Shown here: piece after piece, positions 53,030-62,768 of the stretch | Layout: each line of letters opens with the position of its first letter | Position numbering within the stretch: the first letter of the stretch is position 1 | From: Pseudomonadota bacterium | Lineage (GTDB): Bacteria; Bdellovibrionota_B; Oligoflexia; Oligoflexales; CAIYRB01 | Length of the DNA stretch: 64,000 nt | Direction: 5' to 3' | NCBI GenBank assembly: GCA_031416315.1 | Contig: JANOTL010000130.1 | Location: 23,605-87,604, forward strand | Position numbers and translations under genes: made by a program | Notes under the pieces: model-generated | The model's input: the letters and a program-made list of their open reading frames with translations, nothing else | What the model was told of the DNA's origin: nothing | The model's database searches: none

Positions 53030-54387
53030 CGGATCGGCTTCGCCGCCTGCAGGTTCTTACACATCCAGTCGACCAGGTCGATCTTGGTCACGATGTGCTT
53101 CGGCGTGCGGCCGTCGACGACCACCGCGCAGCTCGCGTACATCAAGATCTCCTGCAGGGCGCTGATCGGCGTCGATTCCTCGACCGTCGGCACGGTGCGG
53201 TCCATCACGTCCTGGACGCTCGATCCGGTCGTCACCTCGCCGGTCGCGAGGTACTGGAGCACGTCGTCCTCCTTCACCATGCCGATCAGCTGGTCGCCGT
53301 GCGTGATCGGGATCTGCGAGATGCCTTTCGAGGTCATCAGCTGGATCGCGTCGGCGATCGTCGCGCCGTGCTTCAAGCTGAGCAAGGTCGGCTTGCCCGG
53401 GAGGAGCTTCCCGACCGCGCCCTCGATCGCGTCGACGCCGGAGAAGCGGTTGTCGCGCATCCACTTGTCGTCGACGAACTTCGACATGTAGTTGCGTACG
53501 CCGTCGGAGAGCAGGACGACGCAGTTCTGCCCCTTCTTCAGCCGTTTCGCCTCTTTCAGGCCGGCGTAGAGGGTCGCGCCGCAGGAGCCGCCGACGAGGA
53601 GGCCCTCCTCGCGGATCAGGCGGCGCGCCAGCTGAAAGGACTCGCGGTCGGCCGTCTTCACCCACTTGTCGACGAGCTTCCGGTCGAGCACTTCGGGGAC
53701 GAAGTCGTAGCCGATGCCTTCGACCTTGTAGCTGTGGATCGGACCGTCACCCGCGAGGATGGAGCCGAGCGGGTCGGCGCCGACGACGATGCAGGCGGGA
53801 TTCTTCTCTTTCACGCGGCGGGCGACGCCGGAAATCGTGCCGCCGGTGCCGGCGGAGACGACGACCATATCGACCTTGCCGCCCAAGTCGTCGAGGATCT
53901 CCTGCCCGGTGAACTCGTAGTGGGCCTTCGGGTTCGAGGGGTTGCTGTACTGGTCGAGGATGTGGGCGTTCGGCAACTCCTTCTGCAGCTTCTTGGCCAC
54001 GCCGATGTGGCTCTCCGGGGCGTCCCACGCCGCCTCGGTCGGCGTCCGGATGATCTCGGCGCCGAGGGCCTCCAGGATCACCTGCTTCTCGCGCGACATC
54101 TTCTCCGGCATCGTGATGATGACGCGGTAGCCCTTGACGGCCCCGGCGAGCGCCAGGCCGATGCCGGTATTGCCGCTCGTCGGCTCGATCAGGGTGTCGC
54201 CCGGCTTGATCCGGCCGCTCTTCTCGGCGTCGGTCACCATCAGGTAGCCGATGCGGTCTTTGACCGAGCCGCCGGGGTTGAAAAACTCGCATTTCGCGTA
54301 CAAATTGCATTCTAGGCTCGCGCCGATGCGGTTCAGCTTCACGAGCGGCGTCCGGCCGATCGTCTCGAGGATGTTGTTGAACAGCAC
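53026..54387 (-). CDS. cbs: Cystathionine beta-synthase with C-terminal CBS domain pair
   Basis: NPGGSVKDR (PLP Lys), EPTSGNTG, GTGGT, YKVEGIGYDF, RNYMSKF, Bateman module; GGAGG RBS before GTG 54387. Confidence 0.9.
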   Translation of the reverse strand: MLFNNILETIGRTPLVKLNRIGASLECNLYAKCEFFNPGGSVKDRIGYLMVTDAEKSGRIKPGDTLIEPTSGNTGIGLALAGAVKGYRVIITMPEKMSREKQVILEALGAEIIRTPTEAAWDAPESHIGVAKKLQKELPNAHILDQYSNPSNPKAHYEFTGQEILDDLGGKVDMVVVSAGTGGTISGVARRVKEKNPACIVVGADPLGSILAGDGPIHSYKVEGIGYDFVPEVLDRKLVDKWVKTADRESFQLARRLIREEGLLVGGSCGATLYAGLKEAKRLKKGQNCVVLLSDGVRNYMSKFVDDKWMRDNRFSGVDAIEGAVGKLLPGKPTLLSLKHGATIADAIQLMTSKGISQIPITHGDQLIGMVKEDDVLQYLATGEVTTGSSVQDVMDRTVPTVEESTPISALQEILMYASCAVVVDGRTPKHIVTKIDLVDWMCKNLQAAKPIR

Positions 54388-54437
54388 GGGAACCTCCAAG
54401 CAGTTGTAACGACAGGAATTTAGCAGGTTCGTAGCGC

Positions 54438-54809
54438 ATGATCCAGCTCAACCTCAGCTGCCACAAATGCCGCCTCCAATGGCAGATCGAGCCCCCCATC
54501 GCCCGCCGGGAGGAGTGCCCGAAATGCAAAAGCGACGCAAAATGTTGCCTAAATTGCCGCTGGTACGACGCGGGCGTCCACCATGAGTGCCGCGAGGAGC
54601 AGGCGGAATGGGTGAAGGAAAAGACCCAGGGGAACTTTTGCGGCTGGTTCGAGCCCTTCTCCGGCCCCTCGGCCGCGGCTGAAGAGCAGGCGAAAGCGCA
54701 GTCGAAATTGGCCGCCCTTTTCGGGGGGTCCAAACCGGAGGCGCCCGAGCCGAAACCCGGCGCGAGCCTTGCGGACGAGTTGCAGCGCTTTCTCGGCGCG
54801 AAGAAATGA
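54438..54809 (+). CDS. Small Cys-rich (probable metal-binding) conserved hypothetical protein
   Basis: CHKC, CPKC..D..CCLNCRWYD, CREEQAEWVKEK..GNFCGWF. Confidence 0.8.
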   Translation: MIQLNLSCHKCRLQWQIEPPIARREECPKCKSDAKCCLNCRWYDAGVHHECREEQAEWVKEKTQGNFCGWFEPFSGPSAAAEEQAKAQSKLAALFGGSKPEAPEPKPGASLADELQRFLGAKK

Positions 54810-54944
54810 CGCCGTCAATCCCTTGACGCGTGCGTGCGTTGACGCTCGCGCCCTGCGAGTGAGACGATAGTCTGACGAATCCCCGCTAATCTCTCCGTTT
54901 CCCGCCATTTCCCGTATTCCACCGCGCGCCAAAACCCAGGTCCG

Positions 54945-56006
54945 ATGTTCAACCGACCCATGATCGCCATCGACATCGGTTCGTCCGCCGTGAAGGTGGT
55001 CGAGCTCACCGGTGCCAAACAAAAAAAGCTGAGCGCCATCGGCCTCGAGGTGCTGCCGCCGGGCGCCGTCGTCGACGGCCAGCTGCAGAGCCCGGAAGTC
55101 GTGGAGCAGGTCCTGAGCGAGCTCTTGAAAAGGCTGAAGATCAATCCGCGAGGCCGACGGGTCGCGCTCTCCCTCGGCGGCAGCTCGGTCATCATCAAGA
55201 AGCTCAACGTGCAGGGATCGAAGGATCGCGACGTCTCCGAAGCCGCCTACTACGAGGCGGAGCAGCAGTTCCAGATCGACATGGCCGAGCTCGAGTTCGA
55301 TCACGTCAATCTCTCCGGCCGCTCGAAGAAGGACGAGACTTCGCCGGTCGTCGCCGTCGGCGCCAAGCGCGAGATGATCGAGCAGTATCTGACGCTCGTC
55401 CGCGCGCTCGGCATGCGCACGGGCTGCGTCGAGTGCGACGTGTTCTCCGCCGCCAACATGTTCGAGTACAACTACGGCACCGTCGAAGGCCTCATGGCCT
55501 TGGTGAACATCGGCGCGGCCGCGACGCAGGTCTCCCTGATCTTCCACGGCGACTACCTGTTCACGCGCGACGTCGCCATCGCGGGCGAGGAGTACACGCG
55601 GCAGATCATGCAGGCGCTCGGCGTCGCGCGCGAGAACGCCGACGGTCTCAAGGTCGCCGTGAGCCAGGCCACGGGCGGCGTGCCGCCGGAGGTGCAGAAG
55701 ATCGTCGGCACGATCAACGAGCAGCTCGCGCACGAGATTCAGGTCACCATCGACTACTTCTTCCAGAGCGGCGAGGCGCCCGCCGGCACCGGCCTAGCCG
55801 GCGTTTTCCTCACCGGCGGGGGCTCGCGCACCCTCGGGCTAGACGTCGCGCTCGCCGCGGCGCTGCAGATCCCCGTGCAGGTCGTGAACCCGTTCCAACG
55901 CGTGGAGATCAATCCGAAGCGCTTTCAGCTCGACTACATCCTGGCGCAGGGCCACCTCTACGGCGTCGCGGTCGGCTTGGCGATGCGCGCTCTGGACGAC
56001 AAATGA
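54945..56006 (+). CDS. pilM: Type IV pilus assembly protein PilM
   Basis: IAIDIGSSAVKVVEL, LVNIGA, FLTGGGS, NPF, AVGLAMR. Confidence 0.95.
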   Translation: MFNRPMIAIDIGSSAVKVVELTGAKQKKLSAIGLEVLPPGAVVDGQLQSPEVVEQVLSELLKRLKINPRGRRVALSLGGSSVIIKKLNVQGSKDRDVSEAAYYEAEQQFQIDMAELEFDHVNLSGRSKKDETSPVVAVGAKREMIEQYLTLVRALGMRTGCVECDVFSAANMFEYNYGTVEGLMALVNIGAAATQVSLIFHGDYLFTRDVAIAGEEYTRQIMQALGVARENADGLKVAVSQATGGVPPEVQKIVGTINEQLAHEIQVTIDYFFQSGEAPAGTGLAGVFLTGGGSRTLGLDVALAAALQIPVQVVNPFQRVEINPKRFQLDYILAQGHLYGVAVGLAMRALDDK

Positions 56007-56785
56007 TCAAGATCCAACTATGTCCGCGCGAGGAGCTCGAAAGCCAGTACTGGTGGGCGTTCGACGTCGGCGTCGGCATCGCCGCGCTCTTCGCCGCCTA
56101 CATCGGCGTCCAGTATTACCTCGGCACGATTCAGGAGAGAATCGACTCCGTCGACGAGAAGGCGGCGAGCCTGGTCGAGAGCACGAAACGCCTGCAGCCC
56201 GACCTCGAGCGCTTCAAGATGCTCGACAAGGACATCAAGGCGCTGAACGTGAAGCTCGACGCCTTGAAGAAGATCACCGTCTCCAAGATCTCGCGCTACA
56301 AGCCCGTCATCGTCGTCGAGCATTTCCAGAACTTGAAGCCGGAGGGCGTCTGGTTCAAGTCCTTCAAGGTCGGCGCCGCCGGCAATAAGGACGAGTTCGA
56401 GCTGCGCGGCCAGGCCTTCGACAACCTCCTCGTCGCCGAGATGATGACGGCGATGCGCGCGACCGAGACGCAGGAGAAGGACGACGGCGATCTGCGCACG
56501 CAGGTGCGCTTCGCCGAGCTGATGATCGAAGAGACGCAGATCGGTCGCGAAGGCGGCGGCGGCGGGTCTTTCCCCGAGCTCGCGACTTATCCGGAGTTTC
56601 GCATCAAGGGCAAGTTCGCCGATCACGGCGGCAAGGACGCCGTCGGCCCTTTCGGCGAAGGCGCGGAGAGCGGCGAAGGCTCGGGCAGTGGGACCTCCGG
56701 CGCCGAGCCGGGCGACCGGCCGAAGCCGAAGGATCCGGGCCCGATGGCGACGCGCGGCGCGACCAAGGACGCAGAGACTTTCTGA
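56003..56785 (+). CDS. pilN: Type IV pilus assembly protein PilN
   Basis: MIKIQL (INLL-like motif), TM, coiled coil, PEGVWF..F, LRGQA; overlaps pilM stop. Confidence 0.85.
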   Translation: MIKIQLCPREELESQYWWAFDVGVGIAALFAAYIGVQYYLGTIQERIDSVDEKAASLVESTKRLQPDLERFKMLDKDIKALNVKLDALKKITVSKISRYKPVIVVEHFQNLKPEGVWFKSFKVGAAGNKDEFELRGQAFDNLLVAEMMTAMRATETQEKDDGDLRTQVRFAELMIEETQIGREGGGGGSFPELATYPEFRIKGKFADHGGKDAVGPFGEGAESGEGSGSGTSGAEPGDRPKPKDPGPMATRGATKDAETF

Positions 56786-56797
56786 GGACGGGACCCG

Positions 56798-57670
56798 ATG
56801 GAGCTCGACGAGATCAAGGAACGATACAAGTCCGTGCCCATCCTGGGGCGGCTCCTCTGTATCGCCGCGCTCGCGGTGCTCCCCGCCCTATATACATGGT
56901 GGGACGAAGGCACCGTGCTCGAGGAGACGCTCGTCGATTCGCAGTCGAAGGAGGACGCCGCGCGCGTGACGTTCGAGAAGAACCGCAAGATGAAGGGCAA
57001 CCTCCCGGAGCTGGAAGCCAAGCTCGAGTTCACCGAGGTCCAGCTCGGCAAGGCGAGGAAGAAGCTCCCCGACAGCTACCGCATCGAGGACGTCCTGCAG
57101 AAAGCGGCCACCATCGCCAAAGAGACGGGCGTGAAGCTCAAGCTCTTCAAGCCCGGCAAGGAAGCGCGCAGCGGCGTCGAGTACAAGTACTTCGAGTTGC
57201 CGATCACCACCGAGATCAGCGGCAAGTTCAGCCAGGTCGCCTCGTTCTTCGACCGCGTCGTCCACCTCGAGGGCACGATCTTCCTGCGCAACATCGCCGT
57301 CCAGACCCGCGCTTCCGAGCTCAACGAAGATACGGGCGCCGTCCGCCGCGACAAGAACGCCGCGGCGGCGCGCGAGTTGTCGGACTACGAGAAAGCCCGC
57401 CGCGCGCGCACCGAGCTCACCGTCGACGGGCGCTTCGAGATCGTCATCTTTCGCGGCATGTCGGAGCGCGAGCAGGCGCTCGCCGAGAACGACGTCCCCG
57501 GCGGCGCCGGGGTTCCCGGCGTCCCGGGCGGCGACGTTCCCGTCCCGGCGCCGCCGGCAGGCCGACCGCCGCGACCGGAAGGGGCAGACGACGGCATCCC
57601 GAAGCCCAAAGCCGGGGACGAGAGCGCCGCCAACACCATCATCGGCGGCGCCGCCGAAAGGCGGTTTTGA
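56798..57670 (+). CDS. pilO: Type IV pilus assembly protein PilO
   Basis: TM, coiled coil, LP...IEDVL, YFELPI...GKFSQVASFFDRV. Confidence 0.88.
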   Translation: MELDEIKERYKSVPILGRLLCIAALAVLPALYTWWDEGTVLEETLVDSQSKEDAARVTFEKNRKMKGNLPELEAKLEFTEVQLGKARKKLPDSYRIEDVLQKAATIAKETGVKLKLFKPGKEARSGVEYKYFELPITTEISGKFSQVASFFDRVVHLEGTIFLRNIAVQTRASELNEDTGAVRRDKNAAAARELSDYEKARRARTELTVDGRFEIVIFRGMSEREQALAENDVPGGAGVPGVPGGDVPVPAPPAGRPPRPEGADDGIPKPKAGDESAANTIIGGAAERRF

Positions 57671-58881
57671 TGCGAAAGATTACGGTCGCGCTTTGGATCG
57701 CGCCAACGCTCTTCGTCGGCTTCGCCGCCGCGTTCGCGCAGGACGAGGAGCCGGACGGTCCCGCCGGCGATCTGCCTGAGGAGGAGAACGTCGAGACGGA
57801 GGCGTCGGACGAGGCTGACGAGACCGAGGCAGCGCCGGTCAAAGGCAGCCCGAAGGGCCAAGATAAAGGCAAAAAGACGGGCAAAGGCAAAGGCGCCGGC
57901 AAAGGCTCTGGCAAGGGCACCGGCCCGTCCAAACCCGCGGGCACCACGGCCGCCGACGACGAAGAAGACGTCGCGACCGGCTCCGGCTCCGGAGCAGACG
58001 GCTGGGAGTCATTCACCAGCATGGGCAAGAGCGCCAGCGTCGCGACCGAGATCACCAAAGGCGTACGCGTCGAGGACATCGTCGAGCCGCCGTCCGACTA
58101 TCGCTACGCCGCCTTCGGGAAACCCGATCCTTTCGTGCCGCCGCTCTTGATCGAGGCGGAGCCGCCGGGACCGAGCGCGCTCGAGATCCCGCTCGTCAGC
58201 CCGTTGCAGCGTTTTCAGCTCGAGGATCTCGCGGTGGTCGGCGTCTGGCAGCTCGCCTCGGGCGACCGCAAGGCGATGATCCTCACGCCGGGCAACCGCG
58301 GCGGCAACGCCGGCGCGGGCATCATCGTCAAGAACGGCGACCTGATCGGCAACCGCGGCGGCAAAATCCTCGCGATCGCCGACGACTTCCTGACCGTGCG
58401 CGAGTTCTACCTCGGCGCCGACGGCACGCGGCAGTTCGAGGATCGGCAGCTCTTCATGGGCAAAAGAAACGAGGAGGATCTCGCCGGCAAAATCCGCTTC
58501 ACTCCGGGCCAAAAGCAGTCGCAGATCATCATGGAGAAGGACGAGACCGTGGTCACGCCGGAGATCGGCGGCGGCGGCGAATTCGACGAGGCGCCCTTGG
58601 CCGGTGGCCGCCGCGGCAACGCCAAGAAGGCGCAAGGCGCGCCCGAGGCCGCGGCGAAGGCGATCGACCCGAACGTCGGCCAAAAGGTCCCAGGCGTCGG
58701 CGGTAACGATGCCGGCGGCGCCGGCGGCCAGCCCGCGGCCGCAAAAGCGCAGTTCGCCCCGCAAGGGGCCGCCAAGCCCCAGTTTGCGCCGGGCGGCGTC
58801 GCCGCCGAGCCCGTGAAGGCGAACCAGCCCGCGGGCGCCGCCGTTCCTGCCGGCAATGCCGGCGCCAAGCAGACGTTCTGA
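57670..58881 (+). CDS. pilP: Type IV pilus assembly protein PilP (extended, no lipobox)
   Basis: Y...GKPDPF.P, SPLQRFQLEDL.VVGV, KAMI, VKNGDLIGNRGGKI; start ATG 57670. Confidence 0.85.
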   Translation: MRKITVALWIAPTLFVGFAAAFAQDEEPDGPAGDLPEEENVETEASDEADETEAAPVKGSPKGQDKGKKTGKGKGAGKGSGKGTGPSKPAGTTAADDEEDVATGSGSGADGWESFTSMGKSASVATEITKGVRVEDIVEPPSDYRYAAFGKPDPFVPPLLIEAEPPGPSALEIPLVSPLQRFQLEDLAVVGVWQLASGDRKAMILTPGNRGGNAGAGIIVKNGDLIGNRGGKILAIADDFLTVREFYLGADGTRQFEDRQLFMGKRNEEDLAGKIRFTPGQKQSQIIMEKDETVVTPEIGGGGEFDEAPLAGGRRGNAKKAQGAPEAAAKAIDPNVGQKVPGVGGNDAGGAGGQPAAAKAQFAPQGAAKPQFAPGGVAAEPVKANQPAGAAVPAGNAGAKQTF

Positions 58882-58892
58882 CCGGAGCCCGC

Positions 58893-61800
58893 ATGTCCTT
58901 ACGCCCCAAAAAACTCTTCCGACTCCTGGTTCCGGCTCTGCTGGGGCTCGCGCTCGGCTGCGCCGACGACAAAGCGCCGACGGAGGAGGTCGAGCCGAAC
59001 GTCGAGGACACGGGCGACGGCGATCTCAGCTCGGAAGGGGAGGGGGACAAAGGCGAGCCGGCGAACGGCAACTCCCAGAACGCGGAGGGTAACAACGAAG
59101 AGACCTCTGACGACGGCTACGACGACGACTGGAACAACATGGGGTCCCAGCAGCAGAAGCAGCAGCAGCAACAACAGCAGACGAACCTCGGCAACGACCA
59201 GGAAAACGAGAACGACGAGCCGCCGATTCAGAACGTCAAGCAGGAAGAGCCGCCGCCGGAGGAGCCGGTGGTCGAGGTTATCCCGGAGGAGCCGCCGCCG
59301 GAGCCCGTGCCGGTCGAAGAGCCGCCCGCCGACCCCGAGCCTGCCCCGATCGCCGAAGAGCCCAAAGCGCCCGCGCCGCCACCCGAGGAGCCCCCGCTCG
59401 TGCCCGTCGTCTCTGGAGCGCCGCTCCTGAAACAAGATTTGCAGCCGATCCTCTCGACTTTGCACTGGGTCGGCTACGACTACGTCGAGAAAGACGGCGT
59501 GATCCGCATCGAGATCGTCACGCGCGGCTCGCCGAAGTTCAACGTGTTCCAGGAAAGGAACCGCTCCGATCAGCCCGAGCTCGTCGTGCGGTTTTTCAAC
59601 ACGAAGCTGCGCGACAAAGTGAAGCGGGACATCGACGCGAGCGAGTTCCGCTCGCCGGTCGCCTTCGTGCGCCTTCGCGAGGACCTGGAGGAGTCGAGCG
59701 TCGACGTCGTGATGACCATGCGTGACCCGGTCCAGCCGCGCATGTTCGCGAAGCACGGCAACGTCATGCTCACCTTCGCCATCCCGGACCATTACTTCGG
59801 CAACTCCGGCATCGGCGGGGCGCCGACGGCGAAGGCCGAGGTCCTTGCCAATACCAACGTCATGCCCGAGCTCGACGACCAGAGCGAGATCACCGAAGGC
59901 ATGAAGATCGCGAAGGCCTTCATCAACAATCCCGGCGCGGACACCTTCAAGGGCGCGCCGGCCAATGGCGGCGAGCCGGTCGCAACCGAGCCGCCGCCGG
60001 AGCAAACTCCCGTGAACCAAGGACTCCCCGCCGATTTCAACGCGCCGGCGAACCAGCCGCCGGCCAACAACGTCCCGGTGAATCAGCCCCCCGCGAACGG
60101 CGGTGGCAACCTCCTGCCCGCCAACGCGCCCGCCAACGAGCCGCCCGCGAACGACATGTTCGGCGCAGACGGCGGCGACGGCGGTGACGGCGAGGCCGAC
60201 GTCGACTTCGGCGACGCCGGCGGCGAAAGCCCGGTGGACGGCGAGCCGCCTCCCGGCGAGGGCAACGGCGGCGAAGGCTTCGGAGGCGGCGAGGAAGGCG
60301 AGGAAGAGGGCGGCGAGGAAGGCGAGGAAGAGGGCGAAGGCGGCCTCGACGGCGAGGAAAGCCTGGACGACTTCGACGACGGCGACGGCGAGTCTTCGCA
60401 AGAGATCGACAAGTTCGACGTGCGGCTGAAGGCCCCGGCGGCGGACGTCGTGACGCTCGGCGCCCGCGCGCTTTTGCGGCTCCCGACTGCGGCGATCCAT
60501 CGCGAGCGCCTCGGCTCGAGCCGCGCGCCGGCCTACCTCGCGGCGGCGGCGACCGTGCTGTTCACGACCTTCACCACCGCGGGCGTCGCCCAGGACGAAT
60601 TCGGCGAAGACGAGCCCGCCGAGGAGGGCGGCGGCGGCAACAACGCCGGGGGCAACGTCGGCGCCAACAACGCCGGGGGCAACAACGGCGGCGGCAACAT
60701 CGGCGCGAACAACGGCGGCGGCAACGGCGGCACGAACAACGCCGGCGGCAACGGCGGCACGAACAACGGCGGCGGCAACGGCGCCATCTCGAACAATACC
60801 TTCAGCAACAACGGCGGCGGCGAGAACCCCTTCGGCAACGGCGCCGGCAACGCGCCCGCCAACAACGCGGGCGCCGGCGCCAACGCGCCCGCCGGCAACA
60901 GCGCCTTCGGCAACGCCGCTGATCCCGGCGCCGCCGCCAACGGCGCTGCACCCGCCGCGAATGCCGCGCCCGCCGCGAACGCGGCCCCGGCCGGCAACCA
61001 GGCCGCCCCGGACGACGCCGCGGCCAACGCGGGCGACGGCGCCCAGCCGGGCGAGCCCGCCATGGCCGAAGGCAACGAGATGGCCGGCGAGGAGCAACAA
61101 GGCCAGGAATCCGGCGAGGCTCCGGCGCCGTCGGCCGGCGGCCGCCCGATCAAGCTCGACTTTCGCGGCGCGCCGCTCACCGAGGTGATCCGCGCCCTCT
61201 CCGAGGAGAGCGGCGTCAACTTCGTCTTTCCGCCGGAGATCGGCGCGAAGCCCATCTACATCAACTTCAACGGCGTCCCCTTTAATGACGCCCTCCGCGC
61301 CCTCCTGATGTCGAACGGCCTAGGCTACCTCGAAGCCGGCCCGAACATCGTCCGCATCGAAACGCTCGAGAAGCTCGCGACCGAGAGAGAGGCCCTGGAG
61401 CGCCGCCGCAAGGCCGAGCTCAAGCTGCGCCCGACCAAGGTCCTGGTCCAACGCCTCTCCTACGCCAAGGCCGACGAGGCCGCGAAGATGCTCGCCGACA
61501 TGCTCGGCGCGGTCGCCAAGGAAGACGGCCGCGTCGCCGTGCAGATCGACGCGCGCACCAACTCGGTCATCGTCAACGCTCCGGCGAGCGACCTGCCGAT
61601 GGTGAAGGCGCTCCTCGAGCGGATCGACCTAGAGACGCCGCAAGTCAAGATCGCCTCGCGCATCGTCGAGGTGATCAAGAAATTCTCCGAGGGCTTCGGC
61701 GTCAACTGGGGGATGCCGCTCAATTACGACCAGGGTCGCGGCCTGGGCTTCGGCAACCTGACCTTCCCGAACTACATGGTTTCCCGCTACTCCGTCGACC

Positions 61801-62768
61801 CCGGCGCGCCGAACCCCGCTTCCTTCCAGGGCGGCTTCCACTTCGGCTCGATCGGTAAGGCCATCGACTTGGACTTGGTCCTCAGCATGGAGGAGTCACG
61901 CGGCACGACCGAGATCCTCCAAACGACCAACGTCTTCGTCGAGGACAATACCGAAGCGGAGATCGTCGCCGGCCAGTCCGACTTCTTCCGTAACGCCAGC
62001 GCCGCGGCTCCTGGCCCCGGCGGCGGCGGCGGCGACGACCTGGACGAGGTCACCTACAACCTGTCGATGAAGGTGAAGCCGCACATCACCGCCGACGGTG
62101 CCGTGCAAATGAAGCTGCAAATCGAGAGCGACTCGCCGAGCGTCGCGACCACGGCCAACGCCGCCGCCGCGAAGAACAACCGCTCCCTAACGACGAGCCT
62201 CCTCCGCCGCAACGGCGAGACCGCCGTCATCGGCGGCATCTACAACACCAACATCGAGACCAGCGCCCGCGGCGTGCCCTTCCTGTCGTCGATCCCGATC
62301 ATCGGCGCGCTCTTTCGCTCCACCGGCAACAAGGAATCGAAGCGCGAGCTCCTCGTCATGGTCACGCCGACGATCATCAACGACGGTAAGTCGGCCGCGA
62401 GCGGCGGCGGCGGCGAGGAGGGCGGCAACGTCGCTCTCAACGAGAACAACAACGGCGGCAACAACAACGGCGGCAACAACGCCAACTTCGGTGGCCTGAA
62501 CAACGAAGGCGGCGGCAATAACGACCAGGGCGGCGACAACGAGAACTTCGGCGGCGGCAATCAGAACGCCGGCGGCAACCAAAACGCCGGGAACCAGAAC
62601 GCCGGGAACCAGAACGCCGGCGGCGACGAGAACCTCGGGGGCGACGAGGAAGGCGAGGGCAACCAGAACGCCGGCAACCAGAACGCCGGCGGCAACCAGA
62701 ATGCAGGCGAAAACCAAAACGCCGGCGGCAACCAGAACGCGGGCGACGAGGAAGGCGGAGAGGAATGA
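58893..62768 (+). CDS. pilQ: Type IV pilus secretin PilQ with long low-complexity extensions
   Basis: IKLDFRGA (N0), LSYAKA, IDARTNSVIV, QVKIASRIVE, VKPHITADG, GETAVIGGI, VPFLSSIPIIGALF, ELLVMVTP. Confidence 0.92.
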   Translation: MSLRPKKLFRLLVPALLGLALGCADDKAPTEEVEPNVEDTGDGDLSSEGEGDKGEPANGNSQNAEGNNEETSDDGYDDDWNNMGSQQQKQQQQQQQTNLGNDQENENDEPPIQNVKQEEPPPEEPVVEVIPEEPPPEPVPVEEPPADPEPAPIAEEPKAPAPPPEEPPLVPVVSGAPLLKQDLQPILSTLHWVGYDYVEKDGVIRIEIVTRGSPKFNVFQERNRSDQPELVVRFFNTKLRDKVKRDIDASEFRSPVAFVRLREDLEESSVDVVMTMRDPVQPRMFAKHGNVMLTFAIPDHYFGNSGIGGAPTAKAEVLANTNVMPELDDQSEITEGMKIAKAFINNPGADTFKGAPANGGEPVATEPPPEQTPVNQGLPADFNAPANQPPANNVPVNQPPANGGGNLLPANAPANEPPANDMFGADGGDGGDGEADVDFGDAGGESPVDGEPPPGEGNGGEGFGGGEEGEEEGGEEGEEEGEGGLDGEESLDDFDDGDGESSQEIDKFDVRLKAPAADVVTLGARALLRLPTAAIHRERLGSSRAPAYLAAAATVLFTTFTTAGVAQDEFGEDEPAEEGGGGNNAGGNVGANNAGGNNGGGNIGANNGGGNGGTNNAGGNGGTNNGGGNGAISNNTFSNNGGGENPFGNGAGNAPANNAGAGANAPAGNSAFGNAADPGAAANGAAPAANAAPAANAAPAGNQAAPDDAAANAGDGAQPGEPAMAEGNEMAGEEQQGQESGEAPAPSAGGRPIKLDFRGAPLTEVIRALSEESGVNFVFPPEIGAKPIYINFNGVPFNDALRALLMSNGLGYLEAGPNIVRIETLEKLATEREALERRRKAELKLRPTKVLVQRLSYAKADEAAKMLADMLGAVAKEDGRVAVQIDARTNSVIVNAPASDLPMVKALLERIDLETPQVKIASRIVEVIKKFSEGFGVNWGMPLNYDQGRGLGFGNLTFPNYMVSRYSVDPGAPNPASFQGGFHFGSIGKAIDLDLVLSMEESRGTTEILQTTNVFVEDNTEAEIVAGQSDFFRNASAAAPGPGGGGGDDLDEVTYNLSMKVKPHITADGAVQMKLQIESDSPSVATTANAAAAKNNRSLTTSLLRRNGETAVIGGIYNTNIETSARGVPFLSSIPIIGALFRSTGNKESKRELLVMVTPTIINDGKSAASGGGGEEGGNVALNENNNGGNNNGGNNANFGGLNNEGGGNNDQGGDNENFGGGNQNAGGNQNAGNQNAGNQNAGGDENLGGDEEGEGNQNAGNQNAGGNQNAGENQNAGGNQNAGDEEGGEE
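60625..61030 (+). repeat. Coding low-complexity Gly/Asn/Ala repeats inside pilQ
   Basis: GGNN/NNAGG and AAPAAN units. Confidence 0.85.
62430..62765 (+). repeat. Coding (G)GNQNA repeats at the pilQ C-terminus
   Basis: Multiple copies of AACCAGAACGCCGG-like units encoding NQNAG. Confidence 0.85.
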
